Positions 9,488 through 18,684 of a stretch of DNA of 64,000 nt are shown here, piece after piece. The DNA comes from Lysobacterales bacterium (GTDB taxonomy: Bacteria; Pseudomonadota; Gammaproteobacteria; Xanthomonadales; Rhodanobacteraceae). The stretch spans positions 65,747 through 129,746 of the forward strand of contig JAXMHA010000005.1 in the NCBI GenBank assembly GCA_046347015.1, in the 5' to 3' direction. The notes below the pieces were generated by a model. That model was not told the origin of the DNA. It made no database searches and worked only from the letters and a program-made list of their open reading frames with translations. Positions within the stretch are counted from its first letter, which is position 1, and each line of letters begins with the position of its first letter. The position numbers and the translations under genes were made by a program.

Positions 9488-9811
9488 ATGCCGTTTGCCG
9501 TCACCGAGAATTGCATCAAGTGCAAGTACACCGATTGCGTGGAAGTGTGCCCGGTCGACTGCTTCCATGAGGGGCCGAACTTCCTGGTGATCGATCCCGA
9601 CGAATGCATCGACTGTACGCTGTGCGAGCCGGAATGCCCGGCCCACGCGATCTTCCCGGACGACAGCGTTCCGGCGGGACATGAAGGTTTCATTGCGCTC
9701 AATGCCGAACTGGCGAAGATCTGGCCGGTCATCACCGCGCGCAAGGATGCGCCGGCCGACGCCACCGAATGGGACGGCAAACCGGACAAGACCCGGCTGC
9801 TGCAACGCTGA
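9488..9811 (+). CDS. fdxA: 7Fe (3Fe-4S + 4Fe-4S) ferredoxin
   Basis: 107 aa: [50 protein letters not shown], the classic FdxA cysteine pattern. Confidence 0.92.
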   Translation: MPFAVTENCIKCKYTDCVEVCPVDCFHEGPNFLVIDPDECIDCTLCEPECPAHAIFPDDSVPAGHEGFIALNAELAKIWPVITARKDAPADATEWDGKPDKTRLLQR

Positions 9812-9856
9812 TTTCCCTCATTGCGCGGCGCCGGCGCAGCGCACTGCCCGGGTGCT

Positions 9857-10534
9857 TCACGACAGGCGTTGCCGGAGTGCCGCCACGACATTCCGCGCTG
9901 CCGCGTTGGCGGCATCGGATCCGTCCCCTTGCACGCTCACGCGCGAGGCGCTGCCATCGGCAGCGACGCGGACGATCAGATGCACCGACACTTGGGCCTT
10001 GCGGCCGGCCAGACCAAGCGTGACGATGCGTTTGAACAAGCCCGGTTTCTGCGCCACCTCGCCCGTAGTCTCGATGGCGTAGCTGCGCTCGGCGGGGTCG
10101 CGTGAAAGAACCTTGGCGACACCCGACCGTTCGAGTGCGTAGCCGACGCGCGTATAGGTACTGTCCGGGGTATCGACGACCCGCAATCCGTCCCCGGAAA
10201 CCGTGACGTCGGGGCCAGTCGGCGGCGGGGCCGCAGCCGTTACCCGGGATGAACCTGCCGGCGCTGGCGCAGGACTCGAAGCCGACGCGCCCCCTGGCGG
10301 CGGCACCGTCGTGGCGGCCGGCGCGCCCGTCGACCCGGTGCCGGGGGCCGGAATCGCAAGCGCTCCACTCGTATCCGGATGATCGAGGCCGGGCGGGACT
10401 TCGAGAGGATGCTCCTGCACGCTCTGCCGGTACGCATTCTCGTCGCGCCCGAAGTGGCGATGGAGGAAGTCGCAGCCCGTCAGGACGAGAGCCGCGATGA
10501 GGGCGGTGGCGAGTACCGGGGCGTTCCGTCTCAC
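9857..10534 (-). CDS. bamC: Outer-membrane lipoprotein, probable BamC (short form)
   Basis: GTG at 10534 gives VRRNAPVLATALIAALVLTGC (lipobox). The following YRQSVQEHPLEVPPGLDHP resembles the conserved BamC N-terminal segment. Lies immediately downstream of dapA as in E. coli dapA-bamC. The longer 333-aa track ORF is rejected. Confidence 0.6.
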   Translation of the reverse strand: MRRNAPVLATALIAALVLTGCDFLHRHFGRDENAYRQSVQEHPLEVPPGLDHPDTSGALAIPAPGTGSTGAPAATTVPPPGGASASSPAPAPAGSSRVTAAAPPPTGPDVTVSGDGLRVVDTPDSTYTRVGYALERSGVAKVLSRDPAERSYAIETTGEVAQKPGLFKRIVTLGLAGRKAQVSVHLIVRVAADGSASRVSVQGDGSDAANAAARNVVAALRQRLS

Positions 10535-10593
10535 TGTGGGTGTTCCCGTCGAGGTTGTGGGCCGATCCGGTCGATTGTCCGGAGCCGCGTAGT

Positions 10594-11499
10594 CTACCCG
10601 GCTGCGCGTGCCGGTTCGACTGGTGCCAGTGAACGGAGCAGGGCATGCCCTGCGTCGTGGTATCCGGCCGACAACGCGACCAGCGGCAAGCGCATCCGGT
10701 CGGAACCAATGCCGAGCTGCGCCAGGCACCACTTGACGGGCGTCGGATTCGGCTCGACGCCGAGGAACGCGTACAGTGCCCGCAGTTCCGAGTCGATCCG
10801 ACCGGCAGTTTCCCGATCCCCGGCACGGCACGCGGCGGCCAGCGCCGCCATCCGCCACGGCACGACATTGGACGCAACCGATACGACGCCGTCGGCACCC
10901 GCCAGCATCGACTGCATCGCGCTGGGGTCATCGCCGGACAGGATCGCGAACCGATCGTCACGCAGCGAAACCAATGCCGCGACGCGGGCGGGATCGGCAA
11001 CGGCTTCCTTGACGCCGATGATGCCGGAATGGGCTGCAAGCCGCGCCACGGTCTCCGGCGCAATGTCACATCCCGTACGCGACGGAATGTTGTACAGCAC
11101 GACTGGCAGGCCACCTTTGTCGGCCACCCGGTCAAAATGACGGAACAGGCCCTCCTGGGTCGGCCGGACGTAGGGCGGGCCGGAAACCAGGGCGACATCG
11201 GCCCCTGCGTCTCGCGCCCGACGTGTCTGGGCGACGGTCGCCGCTGTTCCCGACCGGCCCGTGCCGACAAGGACCGGCACCCGGCCCACCGCGCGCTCGA
11301 CCGCGAACTCGACCAGTCGAACGAACTCGTCCTCGTCCAGCATTGCCGCTTCGCCGGTCGAGCCGGCAACACAGAGGGCAGAGGTACCACCGGCAATCTG
11401 CGAGTCGACCAACCGGCCGAATGCAGCGAAGTCAACGGCGTCGTCGGCGACGCCGAAGGGTGTCGCGAGAGCGCAAATGGCACCGGAAAGAGTCGACAC
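10594..11499 (-). CDS. dapA: 4-hydroxy-tetrahydrodipicolinate synthase
   Basis: GAICALATPF...GGTSALCVAGSTGEAAML...VPVLVGTG...YNIPSRTG... GTG start at 11499 (302 aa). The rest of the 437-aa ORF is an upstream extension. Confidence 0.9.
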   Translation of the reverse strand: MSTLSGAICALATPFGVADDAVDFAAFGRLVDSQIAGGTSALCVAGSTGEAAMLDEDEFVRLVEFAVERAVGRVPVLVGTGRSGTAATVAQTRRARDAGADVALVSGPPYVRPTQEGLFRHFDRVADKGGLPVVLYNIPSRTGCDIAPETVARLAAHSGIIGVKEAVADPARVAALVSLRDDRFAILSGDDPSAMQSMLAGADGVVSVASNVVPWRMAALAAACRAGDRETAGRIDSELRALYAFLGVEPNPTPVKWCLAQLGIGSDRMRLPLVALSAGYHDAGHALLRSLAPVEPARAAG

Positions 11500-11602
11500 C
11501 GGAGGGACACTGTGAAGCAGTCCCGTGATGTTACTTGCGGGCGCCCGCGAGTGGCAAGTATTCTGCGATCGTGGCTCCGCGCCACGCATGGACATCCCGG
11601 GG

Positions 11603-12199
11603 ATGACGCGCATCGTGAAGCAGGGGTCCCGACCAGCGTCCGCCGGCACTGCGCAGCGTCCCGCCGCGAATGAGAACTTTCTCCTCATCAGTGCGTTCGC
11701 CGAAGCGACCCATCCGTTGTTGACCACGCTCACCAAGCGGATCACGGAGTGTGGTTGCAACGCGATCGAGGCACGGGCTTCCGCGCTCGGTGGGGACATC
11801 GGCGTGGTGGCCCTCGCGCAGGGACCGTGGGATGCGATCGCCAAGCTCGAGAATGCGCTCGCCCGTTTCGAACGGGAGGACGGTGTCCGCCTGACGCATT
11901 TCCGCACCGGTCCGAAGCCGCAACGTTCGGAACTGCTGCCCTACGTCGTCGAGGTCATCGCCGCCGACAAGCCCGGCATGCTGTTCCAGATCGCCGATTT
12001 CTTCGATCGTCAGGGCATCGTGATCGAGCAGCTGACGTCGACCCGCTACCGGGCAATGCAGACCGGCGCCGAGATGTTTTCGGCGCAGGTGACGATCGGC
12101 ATCCCGTCGTCGATGCACATCGCCGCGCTGCGCGACGAGTTCCTCGAGTTCTGCGATGGACTCAACCTCGACGCGATCATGGATCCGATGAAGTTCTGA
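11603..12199 (+). CDS. gcvR: Glycine cleavage system transcriptional repressor-like ACT-domain protein
   Basis: Tandem ACT-like halves (LLISAF...ITECGCNAIEARASALGGD and YVVEVIAADKPGMLFQIADFF). Divergent from dapA and followed by bcp, exactly as in E. coli. Start uncertain (ATG 11603 or 11588). Confidence 0.65.
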   Translation: MTRIVKQGSRPASAGTAQRPAANENFLLISAFAEATHPLLTTLTKRITECGCNAIEARASALGGDIGVVALAQGPWDAIAKLENALARFEREDGVRLTHFRTGPKPQRSELLPYVVEVIAADKPGMLFQIADFFDRQGIVIEQLTSTRYRAMQTGAEMFSAQVTIGIPSSMHIAALRDEFLEFCDGLNLDAIMDPMKF

Positions 12200-12666
12200 T
12201 GATGGCGATCGCGATCGGCCGAAAGGTTCCGGACCTTGCCGGCGTCCTGGCGGATGCCACGACGCTCTCCCTTGGCGACCTTGCCGGACATCCCGCCGTC
12301 GTCTACTTCTACCCGAAGGACAACACCACCGGTTGCACCAGGGAAGCACTGGACTTCCGCGACCTGTGGCCGCGGTTCCGCAAGTTGAAATGCGCCGTCG
12401 TCGGCGTATCGCGCGACTCGCCCGCTTCCCACGCCCGCTTCGCCGCGAAGCACGAGCTGCCGTTCCCGCTCGTCGCCGATGTCGACGAAACGTGGTGCCG
12501 CGCATTCGGCGTGATTGGCGAAAAGACGCTCTACGGACGCCGATTCACCGGCGTCATCCGTTCCACGTTCCTGCTGGACGGCCAACGCGTGCTGCGCGCC
12601 GAATGGCGCGGCGTCAAGGTTGCCGGCCACGCCGCGGCCGTACTCGAGCGCGCCGCGCAACCGTGA
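12199..12666 (+). CDS. bcp: Thiol peroxidase Bcp (peroxiredoxin Q type)
   Basis: MMAIAIGRKVPDL...VVYFYPKDNTTGCTREA. The ATG overlaps the gcvR stop (TGATG). Confidence 0.9.
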   Translation: MMAIAIGRKVPDLAGVLADATTLSLGDLAGHPAVVYFYPKDNTTGCTREALDFRDLWPRFRKLKCAVVGVSRDSPASHARFAAKHELPFPLVADVDETWCRAFGVIGEKTLYGRRFTGVIRSTFLLDGQRVLRAEWRGVKVAGHAAAVLERAAQP

Positions 12667-14105
12667 CCCGGCACCACCCCCGGACTCCGGCGCCGCCGCG
12701 GCGCAGCGTGCGCGGGCGACTCCTGTACGCACTCGACACCAACGTGCTGATGCACGATCCGACAGCCCTTTTCCGGTTCGAGGAACACGACGTATTCATC
12801 CCGATGACCGTGCTCGAGGAACTCGACGCGGCGAAAAAGGGAACCTCGGAAGTCGCGCGCAACGCCCGGCAGGTCAGCCGCTTCCTCAACGAACTGATCG
12901 AGCGCGGCAACGGCCGCCACATCGAGGAAGGACTCGATTTGATCCTGCCGAGCGGCGTGCAGCTCGGCCCCGCGCGCCGGACGGGCCGCCTGTATTTCCA
13001 GACGCATGCCACCGAGCCCGTGGATGGCGCAAGCGAACTCGAATCGCTGCCCGACAACCGCATCCTCCGCGCCATCGTCGCGTTGCGCGGCCGGCAGCCA
13101 CGGCGACCCGTCGTGTTGGTGTCGAAGGACATCAACCTGCGCATCAAGGCGACGATCTACGGGATCGCCGCCGAAGACTACGAGAACGACCGCGCCCTCG
13201 ACGATTTCAGCCTCCTCTATACCGGCGTCACCGAGCTGCCGGCCAACTTCTGGGACCGGCATCCGGAAGTCCGCTCGTGGTCAGAACGCGGCCACACGTG
13301 GTACGAGGTCAAGCGCCGGCGGGAGGAAGACTGGCACCCCCACCAGGCGCTCCATTTCGCCAGCGAGGACGATGTCGAGCTGCGAGTCATGCGGCTCGAC
13401 GGTCCGCGCGCGGTGCTGCGGATCGTCGATGACTACCGCAGCGGTACGCACACGGTCTGGGGCATCTCGGCGCGCAACCGGGAGCAGAACTTTGCCCTCA
13501 ACACGTTGATGGACCCGGATATCGATTTCATCACCTTGCTCGGCACCGCCGGCACCGGCAAGACGCTGCTGGCGCTTGCTGCCGGCCTCGCGCAAGTGAT
13601 GGACCAGCAGCGCTATCGCGAGATCATCATGACCCGCGCCACGGTGTCGGTCGGCGAGGACATCGGATTCCTGCCGGGCACCGAGGAGGAAAAGATGACG
13701 CCGTGGATGGGGGCGCTGACCGACAACCTCGAAGTGCTGACGAACCCGCAGGAAGGCGGCAGCTGGGGCCGCGCCGCGACCAACGATCTGCTCGCATCCC
13801 GCATCAAGATCCGCTCGATGAACTTCATGCGCGGCCGCACGTTCCTGAACCGCTTCGTCATCATCGACGAGGCCCAGAACCTGACGCCGAAGCAGGTGAA
13901 GACGCTGGTCACGCGGGCCGGCCCTGGCAGCAAGATGGTCTGCCTCGGCAACCTCGAGCAAATCGATACGCCCTACTTGACCGAGACCACGTCGGGCCTC
14001 ACCTACGCGGTTGATCGGTTCAAGGACTGGCAGCACTCGGCGCACATCACGTTGCGCCGCGGTGAGCGTTCGCGGCTTGCGGACTACGCGTCGGAGAAGC
14101 TTTAG
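12663..14105 (+). CDS. PIN domain + PhoH-like ATPase fusion (PhoH2/YlaK type)
   Basis: N-terminal PIN (LYALDTNVLMHDP...IPMTVLEELD). C-terminal PhoH with Walker A GTAGTGKTLLALA and IIDEAQNLT. GTG at 12663 overlaps the bcp stop (GTGA). No in-frame ATG upstream of the PIN domain. Confidence 0.85.
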   Translation: MTRHHPRTPAPPRRSVRGRLLYALDTNVLMHDPTALFRFEEHDVFIPMTVLEELDAAKKGTSEVARNARQVSRFLNELIERGNGRHIEEGLDLILPSGVQLGPARRTGRLYFQTHATEPVDGASELESLPDNRILRAIVALRGRQPRRPVVLVSKDINLRIKATIYGIAAEDYENDRALDDFSLLYTGVTELPANFWDRHPEVRSWSERGHTWYEVKRRREEDWHPHQALHFASEDDVELRVMRLDGPRAVLRIVDDYRSGTHTVWGISARNREQNFALNTLMDPDIDFITLLGTAGTGKTLLALAAGLAQVMDQQRYREIIMTRATVSVGEDIGFLPGTEEEKMTPWMGALTDNLEVLTNPQEGGSWGRAATNDLLASRIKIRSMNFMRGRTFLNRFVIIDEAQNLTPKQVKTLVTRAGPGSKMVCLGNLEQIDTPYLTETTSGLTYAVDRFKDWQHSAHITLRRGERSRLADYASEKL

Positions 14106-14174
14106 AGGGCCCGGAACCTGCGATCTGCCGGCAGACCGACCGGTGACGCCTACGTGGGTTTGATCAGAGCACCC

Positions 14175-15368
14175 CTAGAACGGCATGACCCAAGTGGCCT
14201 CGAACTCCATGCGCCCGGCGTCGGGCGAACCGATGCGGGCCATCGGCAGGCCGAGGAAATACGGTGAAGATGCGTAACTCGCGACGACGCTCAGCCGTCC
14301 AGCCAGCCCGAAAGCGCGCGTCCACATGAGCGACAGCGTGTCGTCGGCGCGATCCTCCGCCAGCGCGTTGGCGAGGAGTTGCGAAGTCGGACGGGGCTGC
14401 TGGCTCGTGGTGTAACGGAACTGCAGGTCGCCGAGTGTCTTGTCGCGGACGGTGAAACCGGCGCCGTAGACGTTGAGGTCGCTCCATGCGAACACGGGGC
14501 TGGCGCCGTCGTTCAGCAGCGCAAGGAACTGCGGCGGCAAGGCCGAACTCGTGAACGGCGGAATGGCGCCGTACATGACACGCTGCACGCCGGCATCGAG
14601 CGAGAACCGCGGCGACAGCGCATAGCTGAGGTCGAAGGTCGCGCTGGCCGGTATGTCGAACTTCCCGGGATCCGAATAGACCCCGCGGTAGTTCGCAAAG
14701 GCGCTCATGTCGACGCGCGACTGGTAGGCGACGTGCCAGCGCAACCGGTCATTGACGGCGTCGGACAAATCGATGCGCGCCCCGGCACCATAAGCCGTAT
14801 CGCGGTTGTACCAGCTCATCGGCAGCAGGCCATCCTGCCACGGCGTCACGCCAAGTCCGAGGCTGGCAAACCGCTGGTAGGCAAGCACCGCGGTCACGCT
14901 CGCTTCTCCCGCTTGCCCGAACCGGCGGCTGAAAGTCGGCGACACGACCGTGCGCTCGAGGCCCGGCGATGCCGCGTCGATCACGCCGAGATGCGATGCT
15001 CCGCCGACGGTCGGCGACTCGCCGAAGCGCGCGCGTGCGATCGAGAACGAGAACTGCCCCCCGGTGCTCGCGCCGGGCCCGAACGCCGATGGCGGCAGCA
15101 GCGTGCGCTGGTAGTTGCCGAGGACAGTCGGCGGAGCCGGGTCCGCGGGTTTCGCGGCCCATGAAAACTGGGGTGTAATGCTGGCCAGGGCATAATCGTG
15201 CCAGCGCCCGAGGGACGCTTCCGCTGGTTCGGGCCGCGAACTGGACCGGTCGGACGCACGCGCCCCGGCCGTCCCGAGGTTTTCGACCGCGCAAACGGAA
15301 AGGGGGAGCGCCAGCAAAATGCTGAGCGCTCCCGCCAGTCTCCCTTTGATCGCTGTTGCCCGCTGCAT
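14175..15368 (-). CDS. Putative outer-membrane beta-barrel protein (FadL/TodX-like pattern)
   Basis: ATG 15368 gives MQRATAIKGRLAGALSILLALPLSVCAV (signal peptide). Alternating beta-strand pattern and terminal ...FEATWVMPF (aromatic C-terminus). The FAWSDLNVYGAGF...LQFRYTTSQQP segment resembles FadL-family motifs. Family assignment is tentative. Confidence 0.5.
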   Translation of the reverse strand: MQRATAIKGRLAGALSILLALPLSVCAVENLGTAGARASDRSSSRPEPAEASLGRWHDYALASITPQFSWAAKPADPAPPTVLGNYQRTLLPPSAFGPGASTGGQFSFSIARARFGESPTVGGASHLGVIDAASPGLERTVVSPTFSRRFGQAGEASVTAVLAYQRFASLGLGVTPWQDGLLPMSWYNRDTAYGAGARIDLSDAVNDRLRWHVAYQSRVDMSAFANYRGVYSDPGKFDIPASATFDLSYALSPRFSLDAGVQRVMYGAIPPFTSSALPPQFLALLNDGASPVFAWSDLNVYGAGFTVRDKTLGDLQFRYTTSQQPRPTSQLLANALAEDRADDTLSLMWTRAFGLAGRLSVVASYASSPYFLGLPMARIGSPDAGRMEFEATWVMPF

Positions 15369-15538
15369 TGCCCTGTGCTGCGGTCCGGGTTGGAGTGCCT
15401 GATCCAAGCCGCGCCAATTTTGGGGAAAAAACAACGCGCGGTCAAGGGCTGAGGCATTGGAAATTCAGTGACGCCGCACACACTTGCACCGTGCAGCCCC
15501 ATCCTCATCCACCGGTGCTGTCGTACAATTGCAACAAG

Positions 15539-16351
15539 ATGCCGGAAATCCTGCGCGCTTCCCCGCCCTGCGTCTTGACCATCGCCGGTTCCGATTCAGG
15601 CGGCGGCGCCGGCATCGAGGCCGATCAGGCGACCATTGCGGCATTCGGCCTCGGTACCCGCGTCGCACTCACGGCCGTCACCGCACAAAATTCGCGTGGC
15701 GTCACGTCCATCCAGGCGCTGCGTCCCGCCATGGTCGCGGCACAGATCGACGCCGTGCTCGATGATTTTCCGGTGCGTGCGATCAAGACCGGCATGCTGG
15801 CCAGCCCGGCGATCGTCCGCAGTGTCGCCGGGTGCCTCGCAACGCGACCCCGGCTGCCTTTCGTCCTCGACCCGGTCCTGGTCGCAACCAGCGGCGCGAC
15901 GCTGGCGACCGGCGACCTTGCACCGGCGATCCTGCGCCACCTGCTACCCGGGGCCACGCTCATCACGCCGAACCTTCCGGAAGCGGCCCGCTTGCTCGGC
16001 ATGCCCCGGATCGGGCGGTGCGGGATGCTCGCCGCGGCGACGGCGTTGCGCGGGCGCGGCGCGCGTGCGGTGCTGCTCAAGGGTGGCCACCTCGACGGTG
16101 ACGTGATCGCCGACCTGCTGCTCGATGCAACCGGCGCAACCTGGTTCGAACATCATCGCGTGGCCGGAAACGTGCACGGCACCGGCTGCACGTTGTCGGC
16201 GGCGATTGCCGCGGGACTGGCGCAAGGCGTCGCACTGCCGCGTGCCGTCGCCGGTGCGATCGCCTGGCTCCAGCAGGCGATTCGCCACCGCTATCGCGCC
16301 GGTCGCGGCAACCTCGCGTGGCTGCACCCCGGGACCATGACGCCGCAATAG
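15539..16351 (+). CDS. thiD: Hydroxymethylpyrimidine / phosphomethylpyrimidine kinase
   Basis: Internal ATG 15539: MPEILRASPPCVLTIAGSDSGGGAGIEAD..., LLKGGH, GTGCTLSAAIAAGLA. Confidence 0.9.
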   Translation: MPEILRASPPCVLTIAGSDSGGGAGIEADQATIAAFGLGTRVALTAVTAQNSRGVTSIQALRPAMVAAQIDAVLDDFPVRAIKTGMLASPAIVRSVAGCLATRPRLPFVLDPVLVATSGATLATGDLAPAILRHLLPGATLITPNLPEAARLLGMPRIGRCGMLAAATALRGRGARAVLLKGGHLDGDVIADLLLDATGATWFEHHRVAGNVHGTGCTLSAAIAAGLAQGVALPRAVAGAIAWLQQAIRHRYRAGRGNLAWLHPGTMTPQ

Positions 16352-16357
16352 CGCGGT

Positions 16358-17368
16358 TCATCCACTCCGGATGCGTTCGACCACGGCGTCGCTGAGCGAG
16401 CGCGTCGTGCCCTGGCCGCCGAGGTCCGGGGTCACGCGATCGCGCGCAGCCAGCACGCCGCGCACTGCCGATCGCAGCCGACCGGCGGCTTCAGCCTTCC
16501 CGAGCCAGTCCAGCATCAATCCGGCCGCGAGGATCAATGCGCACGGGTTCGCGATCCCCTTGCCGGCGATGTCCGGCGCCGAACCGTGCACGGCCTCGAA
16601 GATAGCGATGCCGGCTCCCATGTTCGCGCCGGGTGCAAGGCCAAGACCCCCGACCAACCCGGCGCACAGGTCGGAGATGATGTCGCCGAACAGGTTTGTC
16701 GTCACGATCACGTCGAACCGCTCCGGATGCATGACGAGTTGCATGCACGCGTTGTCGACGATCATTTCTTCGAACGCGATGTCCGGGTAGCTCCGCGCCA
16801 CGTCGCGCGCCACATCGAGGAAGAGCCCGGACGCGGTCTTGATGATGTTCGCCTTGTGCACCGCCGTGACCTTGCGGCGGTGCTGGTGGCGCGCCAGCTC
16901 GAACGCATGGCGAACGATCCGTTCGCTGCCGCGGCGCGTGTTCCGGATCAGCGAAGTCGCGGTCTGCCCGTCCGCCGACAGCGTCTGGCCTTCGGTCAGG
17001 TACGCGCCTTCGGTGTTCTCGCGCACGGTGACGATGTCGATCCCGAAATAGCGCGAAGACGTGCCCGGGAAACTCAGCGCAGGGCGCACGTTCGCGTAGA
17101 GGTCGAAGCGTTTGCGCAGCTCGACGTTCAAAGACGCGTGCCCCCCACCGACCGGCGTCGTCAGGGGTCCCTTCAGGGCGACCCCGCATTCACGAATCGC
17201 CTCGAGGGACGCGGCGGGAAGAAGCTCGCCACCCGCTTTCCCGGCGCTTTCCCCGGCGGCCACGGTGCGGTACGCAAGCCCCGTGTCGAGCGCGTCGAGC
17301 ACCCGCAGGGCCGCGTCCATGATCTCCGGGCCGATACCATCGCCCGCCAACACCGCGATCGTGTTCAT
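16358..17368 (-). CDS. Isocitrate/isopropylmalate dehydrogenase family protein (336 aa, likely NAD-dependent isocitrate dehydrogenase)
   Basis: IAVLAGDGIGPEI..., RENTEGAY, NLFGDIISDLCAGLVGGLGLAPGAN. Substrate cannot be fixed from sequence alone. Confidence 0.8.
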   Translation of the reverse strand: MNTIAVLAGDGIGPEIMDAALRVLDALDTGLAYRTVAAGESAGKAGGELLPAASLEAIRECGVALKGPLTTPVGGGHASLNVELRKRFDLYANVRPALSFPGTSSRYFGIDIVTVRENTEGAYLTEGQTLSADGQTATSLIRNTRRGSERIVRHAFELARHQHRRKVTAVHKANIIKTASGLFLDVARDVARSYPDIAFEEMIVDNACMQLVMHPERFDVIVTTNLFGDIISDLCAGLVGGLGLAPGANMGAGIAIFEAVHGSAPDIAGKGIANPCALILAAGLMLDWLGKAEAAGRLRSAVRGVLAARDRVTPDLGGQGTTRSLSDAVVERIRSG

Positions 17369-17423
17369 GGGACTTGTTCCGCGACGGCTTGTCGCATCGC
17401 CGGAGGGCGCGCATTATCGTGCC

Positions 17424-18551
17424 ATGCGTTGCCGCGCCTCAATCGCAAGCGTGTTCTTCCGTTCAGCCACAGGCTTGCTGGCGGCCGCGGCGATCATCGG
17501 CATTCCGCCCGCCCGCGCCGGGGTTGCGATCGCGAACGTGCAACTCGCCGTGGCGCCCGCCCGGCTCGACATCTTCGGATCGGCAACATTGGGGTGTACG
17601 CCGCGGATCGACCGGATCGCAGTCGACGGCAGCGATGTCAGCGCAATCCTGCGAACGGCCGAGACCGGCTGTCGGCCGGGTCCCTCCCATCCGTTCCACC
17701 TGACCTCGAACCTCGCACAAGCAACGGCCTTGCCGCAGCCGCTGCCACTCGGCGTCTACCGGATCCGCGTGTACGATTCGCCCTCGTCCGGCCTCAACCT
17801 GATCGCGTTCCGCGTCGTCGACACGACGCCCGTCGCCGACGCACCGCTGCCGGAGTCCGGGTTCTGGTGGTCGGTCAGTGCCGACGACGGGTCGCCCGCC
17901 GGTGCGGCGACCGGCGTGGGGATCGAGCGCCAGGGACAGGACCTTGCCGCCGAGCTATACGGATTCGACGACGCGGGGGCACCCACCTGGTTCTTCGGGA
18001 GCGGAACATTGCGTGGCCGCACGGCGCTCGTCCCGCTGGTCAAACTGGCCGGCGGCACGCCGCTGTTTCACGGGGGCGGGAGTGCGGTCCCGAATGCCAC
18101 CGGCGGACCGCAACTCGACATCGTTTTCGATTCCCCCACCAGCGCGCACGCGTACCTGGTCCGCACCGATCCTTCCGGCCGCGTCGACGTGCGATCGATG
18201 GCGATCGCGCGGACACCGTTCGCGGCAACGCCCCCAGGGCACACGTGGGCCGGCCGTTGGGTCATGGTCGGCAATGGCGACGTGCGGCCGGTACCGCAGG
18301 TGTTCGATTTCAGCGGCGTCGGCAGCGTCGACTCGGTGCGCTTCACGCTGTCGGACGCGGCGGCCGACGCGACCCTGGATTGCCGCCTGGCCGAGGGCAC
18401 GACGCGAGCGGACCTGTGCACGCTCTCGGTTGGCGCACTGCCGCTGGCGACTTTCGACAAGGTCGGGATCGACCACATGGCGGGAATCGCCGAGGACGGC
18501 AGCCGCGTCGAGCTGGTCCGTGTGCCGCACCGAACCGGACGCGGGGAATGA
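17424..18551 (+). CDS. Secreted hypothetical protein (375 aa)
   Basis: ATG 17424 gives MRCRASIASVFFRSATGLLAAAAIIGIPPARAG (signal peptide). Coding-like composition. Internal motif SGFWWSV...GVGIERQGQDLAAELYGFDDAGAPTWFFG. I cannot name a family. Confidence 0.6.
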   Translation: MRCRASIASVFFRSATGLLAAAAIIGIPPARAGVAIANVQLAVAPARLDIFGSATLGCTPRIDRIAVDGSDVSAILRTAETGCRPGPSHPFHLTSNLAQATALPQPLPLGVYRIRVYDSPSSGLNLIAFRVVDTTPVADAPLPESGFWWSVSADDGSPAGAATGVGIERQGQDLAAELYGFDDAGAPTWFFGSGTLRGRTALVPLVKLAGGTPLFHGGGSAVPNATGGPQLDIVFDSPTSAHAYLVRTDPSGRVDVRSMAIARTPFAATPPGHTWAGRWVMVGNGDVRPVPQVFDFSGVGSVDSVRFTLSDAAADATLDCRLAEGTTRADLCTLSVGALPLATFDKVGIDHMAGIAEDGSRVELVRVPHRTGRGE

Positions 18552-18684
18552 ACGGCCCGTAACCGCGAGACGCACCCCTCGCCCTCCGGCTCGCCGGCCA
18601 GTGGCATCGGGAACCCCGTCACGCTATGGTGATCCAAGCGTGCGACACCGCCGGGCATCGCGACCGGCACTGCGGCAACCCACG

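Noticed and set aside
7940-9805. Full 621-aa version of the pcnB ORF, and the similar long N-terminal extensions of the bamC (9857..10858), dapA (10594..11907), folC (44420..46363), purF (41329..43032) and bepA (17878..20394) ORFs.
   Set aside because: The extensions cross a tRNA or neighbouring genes, are compositionally junk, and conserved N-termini with plausible ATG or GTG starts lie internally.
15435-15538. TPP (THI-box) riboswitch upstream of thiD.
   Set aside because: The leader lacks the conserved CUGAGA ... ACCUGAUCUGGAUAAUGCCAGCG core. Only a chance gggctgagg is present.
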